Assembly: GCA_965261085.1 (NCBI GenBank)
Contig: OZ253442.1
Coordinates: 544,001 to 608,000 of the forward strand
Origin: a bacterium
GTDB taxonomy: Bacteria; UBA8248
Direction: 5' to 3'
DNA length: 64,000 nt
In this document: positions 1 to 9,600 of the stretch, piece after piece
How positions within the stretch are numbered: the stretch's first letter is position 1
Layout of the letters: the number at the start of each line of letters is the position of its first letter
Notes under the pieces: generated by a model
Told to the model about the DNA's origin: nothing
Databases searched by the model: none
The model's input: only the letters and a program-made list of their open reading frames with translations
Program-made: the position numbers and the translations under genes

Positions 1-778
1 CGTTCTTCAGGGCGTGGCGAACCACCACGAGCCATTCCACGATTCCCTTCGAGCGCGCCGTGCGCACGTAGTCCATGCCCAGCACGTCGAGCATCTGGGA
101 GCGCACCAGGCGCGTGATGCGCGCGGTGGCGTACAGGCCCGCCGTGACCGCCGGCAGGATGATGTAATACCAGGCGTCAAACCCCGACGTGGGCAGCCAG
201 CCCAGGTACACGGCGAAGACGATGATGAGCACAAGGCCGAGCCAGAAGTTCGGCATCGACTGGCCGAACATCGCCCCGATCGAGCTGGTGTAGTCGATCC
301 ACGTGTTGCGGAAGGTGGCCGATAAGACCCCGGCGGGTATGGAGATCACCACGGCTATGAGCACCGCCACCAGGGCGAGGAGAACCGTGTTGGGGAAATG
401 CTCCAGCACGAGGCCCATCGCCGGAATTTCGTGCCTGTAGGAAAAACCGAAATCCCCTCGGATCACGCCCTTGGTTCTGACAATCTTGGGCGCGTCGTTG
501 TCTCGGTCGGCCTCGTCGATCTGCACCTTCGGTCTCTCGGAGCCGAGCAGATCGTCCACCAGATCCGAGCCCAGTATAAACTTGGCGAACTGAATCGGTA
601 TGGACTGATCGAAGCCCATCTCCTTGCTGAAGGCCTGGATATCCTCTTCCGTGGAATCGAGCGGCATCAACACGGCGGCGGGGTTCCCGGTAATCTGGAG
701 CATCGAGAACACGATGACCAGTATCGCCGCAAAAACGATGAAACTTTGCAGGCAGCGTCTGATGATATAAGTGCGCAT
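1..778 (-). CDS. Peptide/nickel ABC transporter permease (DppB/OppB-like), 3' end beyond window
   Basis: Manual translation from ATG at 778: MRTYIIRRCLQSFIVF...GDFGFSY...SMPNFWLGLVLI...DYVRTARSKG (EAA-loop region). Open to the window edge and absent from the ORF track. Confidence 0.85.
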   Translation of the reverse strand, partial: MRTYIIRRCLQSFIVFAAILVIVFSMLQITGNPAAVLMPLDSTEEDIQAFSKEMGFDQSIPIQFAKFILGSDLVDDLLGSERPKVQIDEADRDNDAPKIVRTKGVIRGDFGFSYRHEIPAMGLVLEHFPNTVLLALVAVLIAVVISIPAGVLSATFRNTWIDYTSSIGAMFGQSMPNFWLGLVLIIVFAVYLGWLPTSGFDAWYYIILPAVTAGLYATARITRLVRSQMLDVLGMDYVRTARSKGIVEWLVVVRHALKN

Positions 779-1040
779 GGCTGAACCTTTACTCAAAAAC
801 GATTGAAAACACCGACTTTATATGAAGTACCATTTATCCCTTTCTTTCCCCGGCTCGTCAAGAGCCATGCCTCTATGCTCCCTTGCGCGCGCACTTCATC
901 CCACAGACCTCCACATGCCGGACAACTCCCCCGCATCATGGACAACCCGCGCTTTCCTTCTGTAGGATGCGGAAATTGCGATGCGCGTCCCCCCATACAT
1001 ACGCCATTCTTTATTATTCAGTCATAAAAAGGAGACCTCC

Positions 1041-2024
1041 ATGAAACTCGCCACCTACCGGAATCTCTCGCCGGGCGCCACAGGAGACCGCCTGGGAGCC
1101 GTCCTGGCCGACGGGAGAACCCTCGACCTGCGGCTCGCCTACGCGAGCTATCTCGTCGAAAAAGAGGGCGAAGGACGCCCCTACGCCATGGCGAACGCGC
1201 GGATTCCCAGGGACATGCGCGATTTTCTCTGCGGAGGAGAGCCGGCCCTCGCCGCCGCGGGTGCGGCGATCGGCCACGCGGAGGCCATCATCGCATCGGG
1301 CGGAGACCCTGCGGGGCCGGATGGAGAGCTCGCCGCCCTGAAGGACAGGCACGTGCGCTTAAAAGCGCCGATTCCCCACCCCGGCAAGTTTTTTCACACC
1401 GGGCTCAACTCGAACAAGCACGTCGCGAACACGGGCCATGCGGTTCCCGAAAACGTGCCGGGCGCGCCGCGCTTCGACACCTCGCTCGTCGGCCACGAGG
1501 AGCCGGTACTCTATCCCAAACAAACCAAAATGCTCGACTACGAGGTGGAGGTCGGCATCATCATCGGTAAATACTGTAAGGACGTGAAGCCGGAGGACGC
1601 CTTCAACGTCATCATGGGCTATACGGTCTACAACGACATCACGGCGCGCGAGGTGCAGCGAACCCCCGCTCTGGGCGGCGTGTTCCTCGGGAAAAACTTC
1701 GACACCACCAACCCCATCGGCCCCTACATCGTCACGGCGGACGAGGTGCCGAACCCCGAATCGCTACGCGTGCAATGCCGGGTGAACGGCGAGACGCGCC
1801 AGGATGAGCTGTTGACCGACATGATCTTCAAGATACCCGAGCTCATCGCCTTCTACAGCCAGATGTCGTTGGAACCCGGAGACATCATCTCATCGGGCAC
1901 GTTCTGCGGCGTGGCCTTAGAGCAGGAAGACCCTGAGCCGTTTCTTCTCAAGCCGGGAGACGTGGTGGAGTGCGAGGTCGAGCACGTGGGGGTCCTGAGA
2001 AACCCCATCGTCGCTCAGGACTGA
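1041..2024 (+). CDS. Fumarylacetoacetate hydrolase family protein
   Basis: LDYEVEVGIIIGK, GYTVYNDITAR, GKNFDT.NPIGP, PGDIISSGT motifs; AAGGAG RBS before ATG 1041. Confidence 0.9.
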   Translation: MKLATYRNLSPGATGDRLGAVLADGRTLDLRLAYASYLVEKEGEGRPYAMANARIPRDMRDFLCGGEPALAAAGAAIGHAEAIIASGGDPAGPDGELAALKDRHVRLKAPIPHPGKFFHTGLNSNKHVANTGHAVPENVPGAPRFDTSLVGHEEPVLYPKQTKMLDYEVEVGIIIGKYCKDVKPEDAFNVIMGYTVYNDITAREVQRTPALGGVFLGKNFDTTNPIGPYIVTADEVPNPESLRVQCRVNGETRQDELLTDMIFKIPELIAFYSQMSLEPGDIISSGTFCGVALEQEDPEPFLLKPGDVVECEVEHVGVLRNPIVAQD

Positions 2025-2027
2025 GGA

Positions 2028-3011
2028 TCAGACGGAAACGCCAAGCGCCTTGCGGACCGCGGCGATGACTTTCTCCGTGCTGGGGAGCACGAATTTTTCG
2101 AGTTTGGTCTGAACGGGTATGGGCGCCATGAGCGCGGCGACGCGCCCGATGGGGGCGTCCAGGTATTCAAAAACCGATTCCTGTATGGTGGCTGAAATCT
2201 CGGCCGCCACCCCGCTTCTCAAGTGGCCTTCTTCCACGATGACGCAGCGGCTCGTCTTGCGCACGGAATTCGTGATGGTCGCAACGTCCAATGGCGAGAG
2301 CGAGCGCGGGTCGATGACTTCGCAATCTATCCCCTCTCCCGCCAGAGCCTCCGCCGCCTCCAGGCAATGGCGCATCTGGTAGCCGATTCCCACAATGGTG
2401 ACGTCGCCTCCTTCGCGCTTCACGTCGGCCACCCCGATGGGGATGGTGTAATCGCCTTCTGGCACCATTTGTTTCGTCTTTTGCGCGTAGAGCAGCCTGT
2501 GTTCGATGAACATAACGGGGTTGTCATCTCGAACGGCGGCCTTGAGCAGCCCCTTGGCGTCGGGCGGGCAGCTTGGATACAGGACTTTCAGTCCCGGCAC
2601 CTGCATGAACCACGCCTCGAGCGATTGTCCGTGCGTCGCGCCATACTGAAGGCCCGCGCCGCTGGGTATCCTCGCCACCATGGGAACGGAAAGCTGTCCG
2701 CCCAGCATGTAGCGGAGTTTCGCCGCCTGGTTCACGATGGGATCCAGCGCATAGGTGGCGAAATCCATGAAACGCAAATCCACGATGGGCCTGAAGCCCG
2801 CCATCGCCGCGCCCACGCCCGCCCCCGTGAAGCCGAGTTCACAGATGGGCGTATCGCGCACCCGGTCCCGTCCGAAGCGATCGGCCAGCCCCGCGCACAC
2901 GCCGAAATAATCGAACACCACGTCCTCGCCCATCAGGAAGACTTTCTCGTCGCGCTCCATCTCCTCATGGAGCGCCTCGTTCAAGGCTTCGACATAGGTG
3001 CGTTCCGGCAT
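2028..3011 (-). CDS. TPP-dependent 2-oxoacid/acetoin dehydrogenase E1 beta subunit (copy 1)
   Basis: VFLMGEDV, RVRDTPICELGF, HGQSLEAWF, DAKGLLK, EVIDPRSLSPLD. Confidence 0.92.
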   Translation of the reverse strand: MPERTYVEALNEALHEEMERDEKVFLMGEDVVFDYFGVCAGLADRFGRDRVRDTPICELGFTGAGVGAAMAGFRPIVDLRFMDFATYALDPIVNQAAKLRYMLGGQLSVPMVARIPSGAGLQYGATHGQSLEAWFMQVPGLKVLYPSCPPDAKGLLKAAVRDDNPVMFIEHRLLYAQKTKQMVPEGDYTIPIGVADVKREGGDVTIVGIGYQMRHCLEAAEALAGEGIDCEVIDPRSLSPLDVATITNSVRKTSRCVIVEEGHLRSGVAAEISATIQESVFEYLDAPIGRVAALMAPIPVQTKLEKFVLPSTEKVIAAVRKALGVSV

Positions 3012-3022
3012 TTCAAAATTCC

Positions 3023-3991
3023 TCAGGCGAAAATGTCCTCGAGCGCCACGCTTTCATCGGGCTCGGGGCTGTTCTCCGCAAACTCGACCGCTTGGCTTAT
3101 CTCCGCTTCCACCGCATCGGCATGCGCTTTTTTTTGCTTCTCCGTCATCTTGAGCATATTCTCGCACACGATGAGTGGGTCTCTTTCTTTCCACTCCTGC
3201 CATTCCTCTTTCGTGCGGTACACGCCGTAGTGCGGATCGCCGCGCGAGTGGCCGAAAAACCGGTACGTCTTCGCTTCGATCAGGCTCGGACCTGCGCCGC
3301 GCCGCGCGTGGGCCACGGCCTCGCGGCTCGCCTCGTACACCGCCACCACGTCCATGCCGTCCACCGTCAGGCCGGGGGCGTCATAACCTTTCGAGCGCAC
3401 ACTGATGTCGTCGACTGAGGTGGAATACTCCGCAGGCACGCTGACGGCGTACTGGTTATTCTCGCAGAAAAAGACGACCGGCAGCTTCCAGATGGCGCAC
3501 AGGTTCATCGCCTCGTGAAACGCCCCGTTGTTCGAAGCCCCGTCGCCGAAGAAAACCACCGCCACGCGGTCTTTCCCCTCGAGTTGATACGCGAGGCCGA
3601 TGCCCGCCGCCATCGGCATGTTCGCGCCCACGATGGAATGCGCGCCGTAGTGGCCCCTCGATACGTCGGCGATGTGCATCGAGCCACCTTTGGAGCGGCA
3701 AAGGCCGGTCACCTTTCCCATCAGCTCGGCCAGCATCTCGGGCAGGCGCGTTCCCTTGGCGATGGAGTGGCCATGCCCCCGGTGAGTGGTGAGCACGGCG
3801 TCATCTTCTCTTAAGGCCGCGCACACGCCGGCCGAACACGCCTCCTGCCCGATGCTCACGTGCACCCCACCCACCACCTTGCCCGCCATGTAGAGATCAT
3901 CCGCCGTCTCCTCGAAGCGGCGGATTCTCAGCATGGTGCGATACATTTCGCCCAATCGTTTTCGGGACAACCTGGAAGTCGACCTGGCCAA
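3023..3991 (-). CDS. TPP-dependent dehydrogenase E1 alpha subunit (copy 1)
   Basis: RIRRFEE, HVSIGQEA, THRGHGH, KGGSMH, GDGA..N TPP motif, TYRFFGHS; probable TTG start at 3991. Confidence 0.92.
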   Translation of the reverse strand: MARSTSRLSRKRLGEMYRTMLRIRRFEETADDLYMAGKVVGGVHVSIGQEACSAGVCAALREDDAVLTTHRGHGHSIAKGTRLPEMLAELMGKVTGLCRSKGGSMHIADVSRGHYGAHSIVGANMPMAAGIGLAYQLEGKDRVAVVFFGDGASNNGAFHEAMNLCAIWKLPVVFFCENNQYAVSVPAEYSTSVDDISVRSKGYDAPGLTVDGMDVVAVYEASREAVAHARRGAGPSLIEAKTYRFFGHSRGDPHYGVYRTKEEWQEWKERDPLIVCENMLKMTEKQKKAHADAVEAEISQAVEFAENSPEPDESVALEDIFA

Positions 3992-4001
3992 GACAAACCC
4001 T

Positions 4002-4973
4002 CTAAGAAAGTATCTTTTTCGCCGCCGCAACGATTTTCTCCGTGCTGGGCAGGACGATAGCTTCCAGTTTCGTGTGAACCGGCACGGGAACGTCGAGAGC
4101 TGCTACGCGAATAATAGGAGCTTCGAGCGCGCTGAAGGCCACCTCCTGGATCGAGGCGGCTATTTCAGCACCCACCCCGCCGCTCTTGTGCCCTTCTTCG
4201 GCAATGACGCACTTGCCCGTCTTCCGGACTGAGGCCGCAAGCCCTTCCACGTCCAAGGGGTTGATGGTTCTGGGATCCACCACTTCGGCGTCGACGCCCT
4301 CCTTGGCGAGTACATCCGCCGCCTCCAGGCAATTGCGCGCCTGGCTTCCCACCCCGATGAGGGTAATGTCCGAGCCCTCTCTTTTCACCGCCGCCACCCC
4401 GATGGGCTCGGTATGATCCCCCTCCGGCTCGGGGCCTTCCAGGGAGTAGAGCGCGCGGTACTCCACGAAGAGCACGGGGTTGTCCTCCCTGATGGCGGAT
4501 TTCAAAAGCCCCTTCGCGTCCGCGGGGTCGCTCGGCACGATGACGCGCAGCCCCGGCACCTGGATGAACCAGGCCTCGAGACACTGGCTGTGCGTCGGGC
4601 CGTTCTGGGAGCCGCCGCCCTCGGACGCCCTGATCACCAGGGGCACGCTCACCTGGCCGCCGAGCATGTAGCGCAGCTTTGCCGCCTGGTTCGCGATGGG
4701 GTCGATGGCCAGCATCATGAAATCGATGCGCCGTATGTCGAGCACGGGCCGGTAGCCCGCCATCGCGGCGCCGACGGCGGCGCCGGTGAAACCCAGTTCG
4801 CTGATGGGCGTGTTGCGCACGCGCTCGTGTCCGAACCTGTCGCCCAGGCCCGCCGTGGCGGGAGAGATGGAAGAAAGCGTCACGTCCTCACCCATCAGGA
4901 ATACTTTTTCATCGCGCTCCATTTCCTCATGGAGCGCCTCGTTAATCGCAGTCGAAAATGAAATCGTACGCAT
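4002..4973 (-). CDS. TPP-dependent dehydrogenase E1 beta subunit (copy 2)
   Basis: VFLMGEDV, RVRNTPISELGF, HSQCLEAWF, DPRTINPLD; ATG at 4973. Confidence 0.92.
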   Translation of the reverse strand: MRTISFSTAINEALHEEMERDEKVFLMGEDVTLSSISPATAGLGDRFGHERVRNTPISELGFTGAAVGAAMAGYRPVLDIRRIDFMMLAIDPIANQAAKLRYMLGGQVSVPLVIRASEGGGSQNGPTHSQCLEAWFIQVPGLRVIVPSDPADAKGLLKSAIREDNPVLFVEYRALYSLEGPEPEGDHTEPIGVAAVKREGSDITLIGVGSQARNCLEAADVLAKEGVDAEVVDPRTINPLDVEGLAASVRKTGKCVIAEEGHKSGGVGAEIAASIQEVAFSALEAPIIRVAALDVPVPVHTKLEAIVLPSTEKIVAAAKKILS

Positions 4974-4980
4974 CTTCACC

Positions 4981-5949
4981 TCAGGCGTATAGATCCTCAT
5001 ACACATCTTCGGGTTCAGGCTCGGGACTTTGCCGCGCGAAGGCGAGCGCATCTTTCAACTCATCCTCCACCGCTTCTAAGTGCGCTTTTTTCTGCGCATC
5101 GCTCACGCCGAGTATTTCCTCCGCCACGAGCAGGGGGTCTTTCGCCTTCCACTCGTTCCACTCATGTTCCGTCCGGTACGGCCCGAACTGCGGGTCTTTT
5201 CTCGAATGGCCGAAATACCGGTAGGTTTTCGCCTCGATCAGGCTGGGCCCAAGGCCCCTCCTCGCGCGATCCACGGCCTCGACCATCACCTCGTAAACCG
5301 CCAGCACGTCCATGCCGTCCACGGTCACGCCGGGAATATCGTACCCGCCCGCGCGCGCGCTGATGTCCGCCACCGAGGTGGCGTACCCCACCCGGGTGCT
5401 CGAGGCGAAATGGTTGTTCTCGCAAAAGAAGATGACGGGGAGTTTCCATATCGAGGCCAGATTCACCGACTCATGAAAGCTGCCCTCGTTCGCTGCGCCG
5501 TCGCCGAAAAAGACGACGGCCACCTGGCCCTTTCCCTCGAAATGAAAGGCGAGGCTGATTCCCACCGCCATCGGCATGTTCGAACCCACGATGGAATGCG
5601 CGCCGTAGTGGCCCTTCGATACGTCGGCGATATGCATGGAGCCGCCCTTGGCGTGGCAAAGGCCGGTCGCCTTGCCCAGAAGTTCCGCCATCATCTCGGG
5701 CAGACGCGTGCCCTTGGCGATGGAATGGCCGTGGCCCCGGTGGGTGGTGAGAATCGCATCGTTATCCTTAAGCGTACTGCACGCGCCGACCGAGCAGCCC
5801 TCCTGCCCGATACTCACGTGGATGCCGCCCACGACCTCCCCCTTATCGAACAACTCGAACGCCGTTTCCTCGAACCTTCGTATGCGCAGCATGTCGCGGT
5901 ACATCCCCTGCATGCGCTCATCGCTCAAAGACGCTTTTTCTTCAGCCAA
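4981..5949 (-). CDS. TPP-dependent dehydrogenase E1 alpha subunit (copy 2)
   Basis: HVSIGQE, THRGHGH, GDGAANEG, TYRYFGHS; TTG start at 5949 with AAGGAG RBS. Confidence 0.92.
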   Translation of the reverse strand: MAEEKASLSDERMQGMYRDMLRIRRFEETAFELFDKGEVVGGIHVSIGQEGCSVGACSTLKDNDAILTTHRGHGHSIAKGTRLPEMMAELLGKATGLCHAKGGSMHIADVSKGHYGAHSIVGSNMPMAVGISLAFHFEGKGQVAVVFFGDGAANEGSFHESVNLASIWKLPVIFFCENNHFASSTRVGYATSVADISARAGGYDIPGVTVDGMDVLAVYEVMVEAVDRARRGLGPSLIEAKTYRYFGHSRKDPQFGPYRTEHEWNEWKAKDPLLVAEEILGVSDAQKKAHLEAVEDELKDALAFARQSPEPEPEDVYEDLYA

Positions 5950-6035
5950 AAGGTATTCTCCTTCACGCGGGAAGATGGTTTTTTTCTCGTCCGGAGGCCC
6001 TAAGGTTCTCACAAATCACCCCGTCGGGCCAGCGC

Positions 6036-6443
6036 TCAACCGGATTTCGCCTTCTCTTCCTCGGCCTGCTCGTCGGCGATGCGCTTAAGAGCGTAGAGAC
6101 CCTCCATCAACACGGGCGCGCCGCCGCCGATGCTCGCCACCTCGAACGCCTCGAGCGCCTCTTCCATCGTCGCGCCCAGGCGCAGCGCCTTTTTCGTGTG
6201 GGTGTAGACCTCGTGCTTCATGCCCTTGAAGGCGAGGAGGCCGATTTCGATGAGTTCGCGCGTCTTGGGCTCCAGATGGCGCGGCTTCTCCTTGAAAAAC
6301 CCCCAGTGCATCTCTGAGTAGACCTCGAAATAATCCGGGTCCAGTTGCGCGCCGAAGCCGAGCACGTCATACACGAACCCCCTGTCGCCATGAATCTTCT
6401 CCGTTATGCGCTTTACCTTTTCTTCTCTGGTTTCTTCCGCCAT
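6036..6443 (-). CDS. Carboxymuconolactone decarboxylase (CMD/AhpD-like) family protein
   Basis: LEPKTRELIEIGLLA...HTKKALRLGATMEEALEA pattern; ATG 6443 with GGAG RBS; no CxxC. Confidence 0.8.
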   Translation of the reverse strand: MAEETREEKVKRITEKIHGDRGFVYDVLGFGAQLDPDYFEVYSEMHWGFFKEKPRHLEPKTRELIEIGLLAFKGMKHEVYTHTKKALRLGATMEEALEAFEVASIGGGAPVLMEGLYALKRIADEQAEEEKAKSG

Positions 6444-6516
6444 TTTCTTCTCCTTATGGGAACAAGATAAAGGCGGAGGTCTCCGAGCCAGGATACCCCC
6501 GCCTGAAAAAGCAGTC

Positions 6517-7701
6517 CTACGCCGAGGCGAACCTGTCCATCCACCAGTCCGCAATCCAATTGCCGCACATCGCCAGATTGTCGAACACGCAGTGCTGGCT
6601 CCCGCCGTCCTCGACGGTGAAAATTTTGAGTTCTTTTTCTTTCGAGCCGCACGCCTCATAGAGCCTGTAGGCCATATCGACCGGCACGATGTTGTCGTCC
6701 TGCCCGTGGGTGATGCAGATGGGCATGCGTATCTTCTCCGCGACGCCCGCCAGCGTATAGGCCCTGCATTTTTCCATCGCGGAATCCATGTCCGGCGTCC
6801 CGAGCACCCACGGCAACTGCCAGATGGCCGAAGAGGAGATGGTGCCGCCGCTCTCCAGCACCTTTCTCCTGTGCTCCCAGACTTCGTGATAGTCGAAATG
6901 CGCCCCCCAGGTGAGACACGCCGCGTAGCGGTGCTCGAAAGCGGCGATGCGCGGCGCGTAGTAGCCGCCCATGCTCATGGCCATGAGGCCGATGCGCCCA
7001 GAATCCACCTCGGGGCGCGCGTCCAGATAATCGAACGCCGCCGTTCCTGCCACTTCGTAATCGAACCTGCTCGGTATCTTCCGGAGCCTGAGGGTCTCGC
7101 CCTGCCCCGGCCCATCCACGCAGAGCACCCCGACGCCGCGCTCTATCAGGGCGAGCGCGCCCCACAAAACGGTAATCTCCTTCGAGCCGTCCAGTCCATC
7201 GAAAAAAGCGACGTAAGGATCGCTGCCCGTCGGGTTTTTCGGCGGAAGCAGGTACGCCGCCAGCGGCCCTTCTTGGTAGGGAACTTCCACGCGCTCGAAC
7301 CCGGGAACGCGGTATTTCATCCCCTTCTCGTAGTGGGGCAGGAGTTTTTTGTAGGAATCCGATTTCCTCGGGTCCTCGGGATGAACGAAACGCTCGCTCG
7401 CGTAGCGATAAATCGCGCATCGCACAAAAGCCGCCATGGAGGTCCGCTCATGGCCCCTGCGTTCCTCGTCCTCGGCAAGGGCGAGCGTTTTGTCGGCCAT
7501 CCAGGCCCAGGCGTCGTGCCAGGCCTCGGCGTCGCCCGCCCGTCCGCTCAACTGCTTGCCGATCTGATCCAGTTCGTGGAAATTCGAGCCCCCCATCGGG
7601 GTAATGTTGATTTGCCCGCTCATCAACTGCGACCAAAGATAGTGCTCGGGGAAATACCGGAACCATGAACCGATTACGTTCTCTACCGCCATTACCGCCA
7701 T
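6517..7701 (-). CDS. Alpha/beta hydrolase, FrsA / 2,6-dihydroxypseudooxynicotine hydrolase-like
   Basis: GLDGSKE, DGPGQGE, nucleophile elbow AMSMGG, HGQDD, GGSQHC catalytic His region. Confidence 0.8.
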   Translation of the reverse strand: MAVMAVENVIGSWFRYFPEHYLWSQLMSGQINITPMGGSNFHELDQIGKQLSGRAGDAEAWHDAWAWMADKTLALAEDEERRGHERTSMAAFVRCAIYRYASERFVHPEDPRKSDSYKKLLPHYEKGMKYRVPGFERVEVPYQEGPLAAYLLPPKNPTGSDPYVAFFDGLDGSKEITVLWGALALIERGVGVLCVDGPGQGETLRLRKIPSRFDYEVAGTAAFDYLDARPEVDSGRIGLMAMSMGGYYAPRIAAFEHRYAACLTWGAHFDYHEVWEHRRKVLESGGTISSSAIWQLPWVLGTPDMDSAMEKCRAYTLAGVAEKIRMPICITHGQDDNIVPVDMAYRLYEACGSKEKELKIFTVEDGGSQHCVFDNLAMCGNWIADWWMDRFASA

Positions 7702-7812
7702 GAAAAGCCTCCTTTTTTTACATATTCATGAATTTCGCGATGGGAGGAACATACACGCAACGCCTGCGCGTTCACAAGCAAACCACACCAGAAGAAAACC
7801 CCTCTTTTCGCT

Positions 7813-7842
7813 TTGACGCTATATTCGCATCCATGATAAGTT
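7813..7842 (+). promoter_or_regulatory. Putative sigma70 promoter for the ABC substrate-binding gene
   Basis: TTGACG (7813-7818), 18 nt, TG-extended TAAGTT (7837-7842) in an AT-rich divergent intergenic region. Confidence 0.3.
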
Positions 7843-7972
7843 CACGCATCTAATCGCGGAAAAATGAGAAAAATGAAATATCACAAAAGGTCTTTGCGAT
7901 TAAAAAGATGGATTTTCGATCTTCACCAGAGCAGTTTTTTTCACCCTAGCTTTTCCTATAGGAGGAAAACCG

Positions 7973-9502
7973 ATGCGCAAGTTTTTTGTAATCCTGGCCG
8001 CCTTCGCCATCCTGGCGGTCGGCGCGCCCGTGACGGCTGACGCGAAAAGCACCGTCACCATCGCCCTCTCGGGCGAACCCCCGACGATGGACCCGCACCG
8101 CGTCTCGAACTTCGTCGGCGCGATGGTCTGGCGTTGGAGCTACGACACCCTTCTTCACGCCGAGACCGGAACGGGCGAGAAAAAGCCCTGGCTCGCCACG
8201 AAGTGGGTGCAACTCTCTCCCCTGAAGTGGAAGTTCAGCCTGAGAAAGGGCGTCAAGTTCTCGGATGGCACACCCTTCACGGCGGAAAGCTTCAAGTACA
8301 CCATCAGCCGCATCAGGAAGTCCGCGCGGCAAAGACAGTACTTCAAGAACATCGATAAAATCGAAGTCATCGACGATCACACCTTCATCTATCACAACAG
8401 AGAACCCGACGGCGGCATGTGGAACCGCCTGACCCGCTGGGCCGGCCCCATCAGCCTGAAGACCAAGGGCATGGAACTCGCCCACATCTCACGCAACACC
8501 TACGGCACGGGCCCCTACATTCTGAAATCCTGGACCAAGGGCCAGAAGATGGTATTCGATGCGAACCCGAACTGGTGGAACAACAAGAACTTCCCGAAAC
8601 GACCGCAGCGCGTCGTTCTCCGCCGCATCCGCGAGAGCGCCACGCGCGCCAAGGCGCTTCAGGCGGGCGAGATCGACGTGGCCTGGGGTATCATGCCGCA
8701 ATTCATCCCCCAGCTCGAGAAAAACCCGAAGACGAAAGTCGCCGTCGTCCCCGCCGTGCGCATCATGCACATGGGCTTCTTCACGACGCACGGCGGCCCG
8801 ATGGCCAACGTGAAGGTGCGTAAGGCAATCAACTACGCCATCGACGCGGAAGCGATTCGCAAGACCATCCTGGGCGGACGCGCCGACCTCTTCGGTCAGA
8901 TGCTCCACCCCTGGAACTACTCGGGCTACAACCCGAAGAAAAAATGGTACGGCTACGACCCGGCCAAGGCGAAGACTCTCCTCAAGGAAGCCGGCTACGG
9001 CAAGGGTTTCAAGATGGAAGTCATCGCCACGAACGGCCGCTACCCGGGCGACAAGGCCACGTGTGAGGCCATCGCCGGCATGGTCAAGAAAGTCGGCGTG
9101 AAAGCTACCTGTAACTCCCAGCGTTTCCCGCTCTTCAAGAAGCTGCACCGCGCCTACAAGGCCGGCAAGAGAAAAGGCGCTGCGGCCTATTACATGGGCT
9201 TCGGCAACGGCCAGGGCGACTCCACCTCCGTGCTTCGCGGAACGTCGGGCTGCAAAGGCCCTTGGAGCGGCATGTGCTACAAGGAGCTGGATAAGGCGAT
9301 CGACGCGGCCACGGCCACCGTCGACCCGAAAAAACAGCAGATGGCATTCGAGGGCGTGACCGACATGATGAAAGAACTGGTCACGCACAAGATCGTCGTG
9401 AAGATCCACGACGTGCTCGGCCATGGCTCGAACCTGAAATGGATCCCGCGCCACGACGAAACACTCCTCCCCTGGGAAATCGGAGTGCTCGGCATGAACT
9501 AA
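7973..9502 (+). CDS. ABC transporter substrate-binding protein, family 5 (peptide/nickel)
   Basis: Signal peptide, PPTMDPH, LRKGVKFSDGTPFTA, GTGPY, VRKAINYAID. Confidence 0.9.
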   Translation: MRKFFVILAAFAILAVGAPVTADAKSTVTIALSGEPPTMDPHRVSNFVGAMVWRWSYDTLLHAETGTGEKKPWLATKWVQLSPLKWKFSLRKGVKFSDGTPFTAESFKYTISRIRKSARQRQYFKNIDKIEVIDDHTFIYHNREPDGGMWNRLTRWAGPISLKTKGMELAHISRNTYGTGPYILKSWTKGQKMVFDANPNWWNNKNFPKRPQRVVLRRIRESATRAKALQAGEIDVAWGIMPQFIPQLEKNPKTKVAVVPAVRIMHMGFFTTHGGPMANVKVRKAINYAIDAEAIRKTILGGRADLFGQMLHPWNYSGYNPKKKWYGYDPAKAKTLLKEAGYGKGFKMEVIATNGRYPGDKATCEAIAGMVKKVGVKATCNSQRFPLFKKLHRAYKAGKRKGAAAYYMGFGNGQGDSTSVLRGTSGCKGPWSGMCYKELDKAIDAATATVDPKKQQMAFEGVTDMMKELVTHKIVVKIHDVLGHGSNLKWIPRHDETLLPWEIGVLGMN

Positions 9503-9525
9503 GCGGGTGTTTTCGCTGCATCACG

Positions 9526-9562
9526 CCGCGGGGGGTGGCTGAACGCCCCCCGCGGTTTTTTT
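9526..9562 (+). terminator. Rho-independent terminator
   Basis: CCGCGGGGGGT...GCCCCCCGCGG stem followed by T7. Confidence 0.8.
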
Positions 9563-9600
9563 ACACCTTCACGGATAAAACGTTTTTTTGAGGTTCAGAC

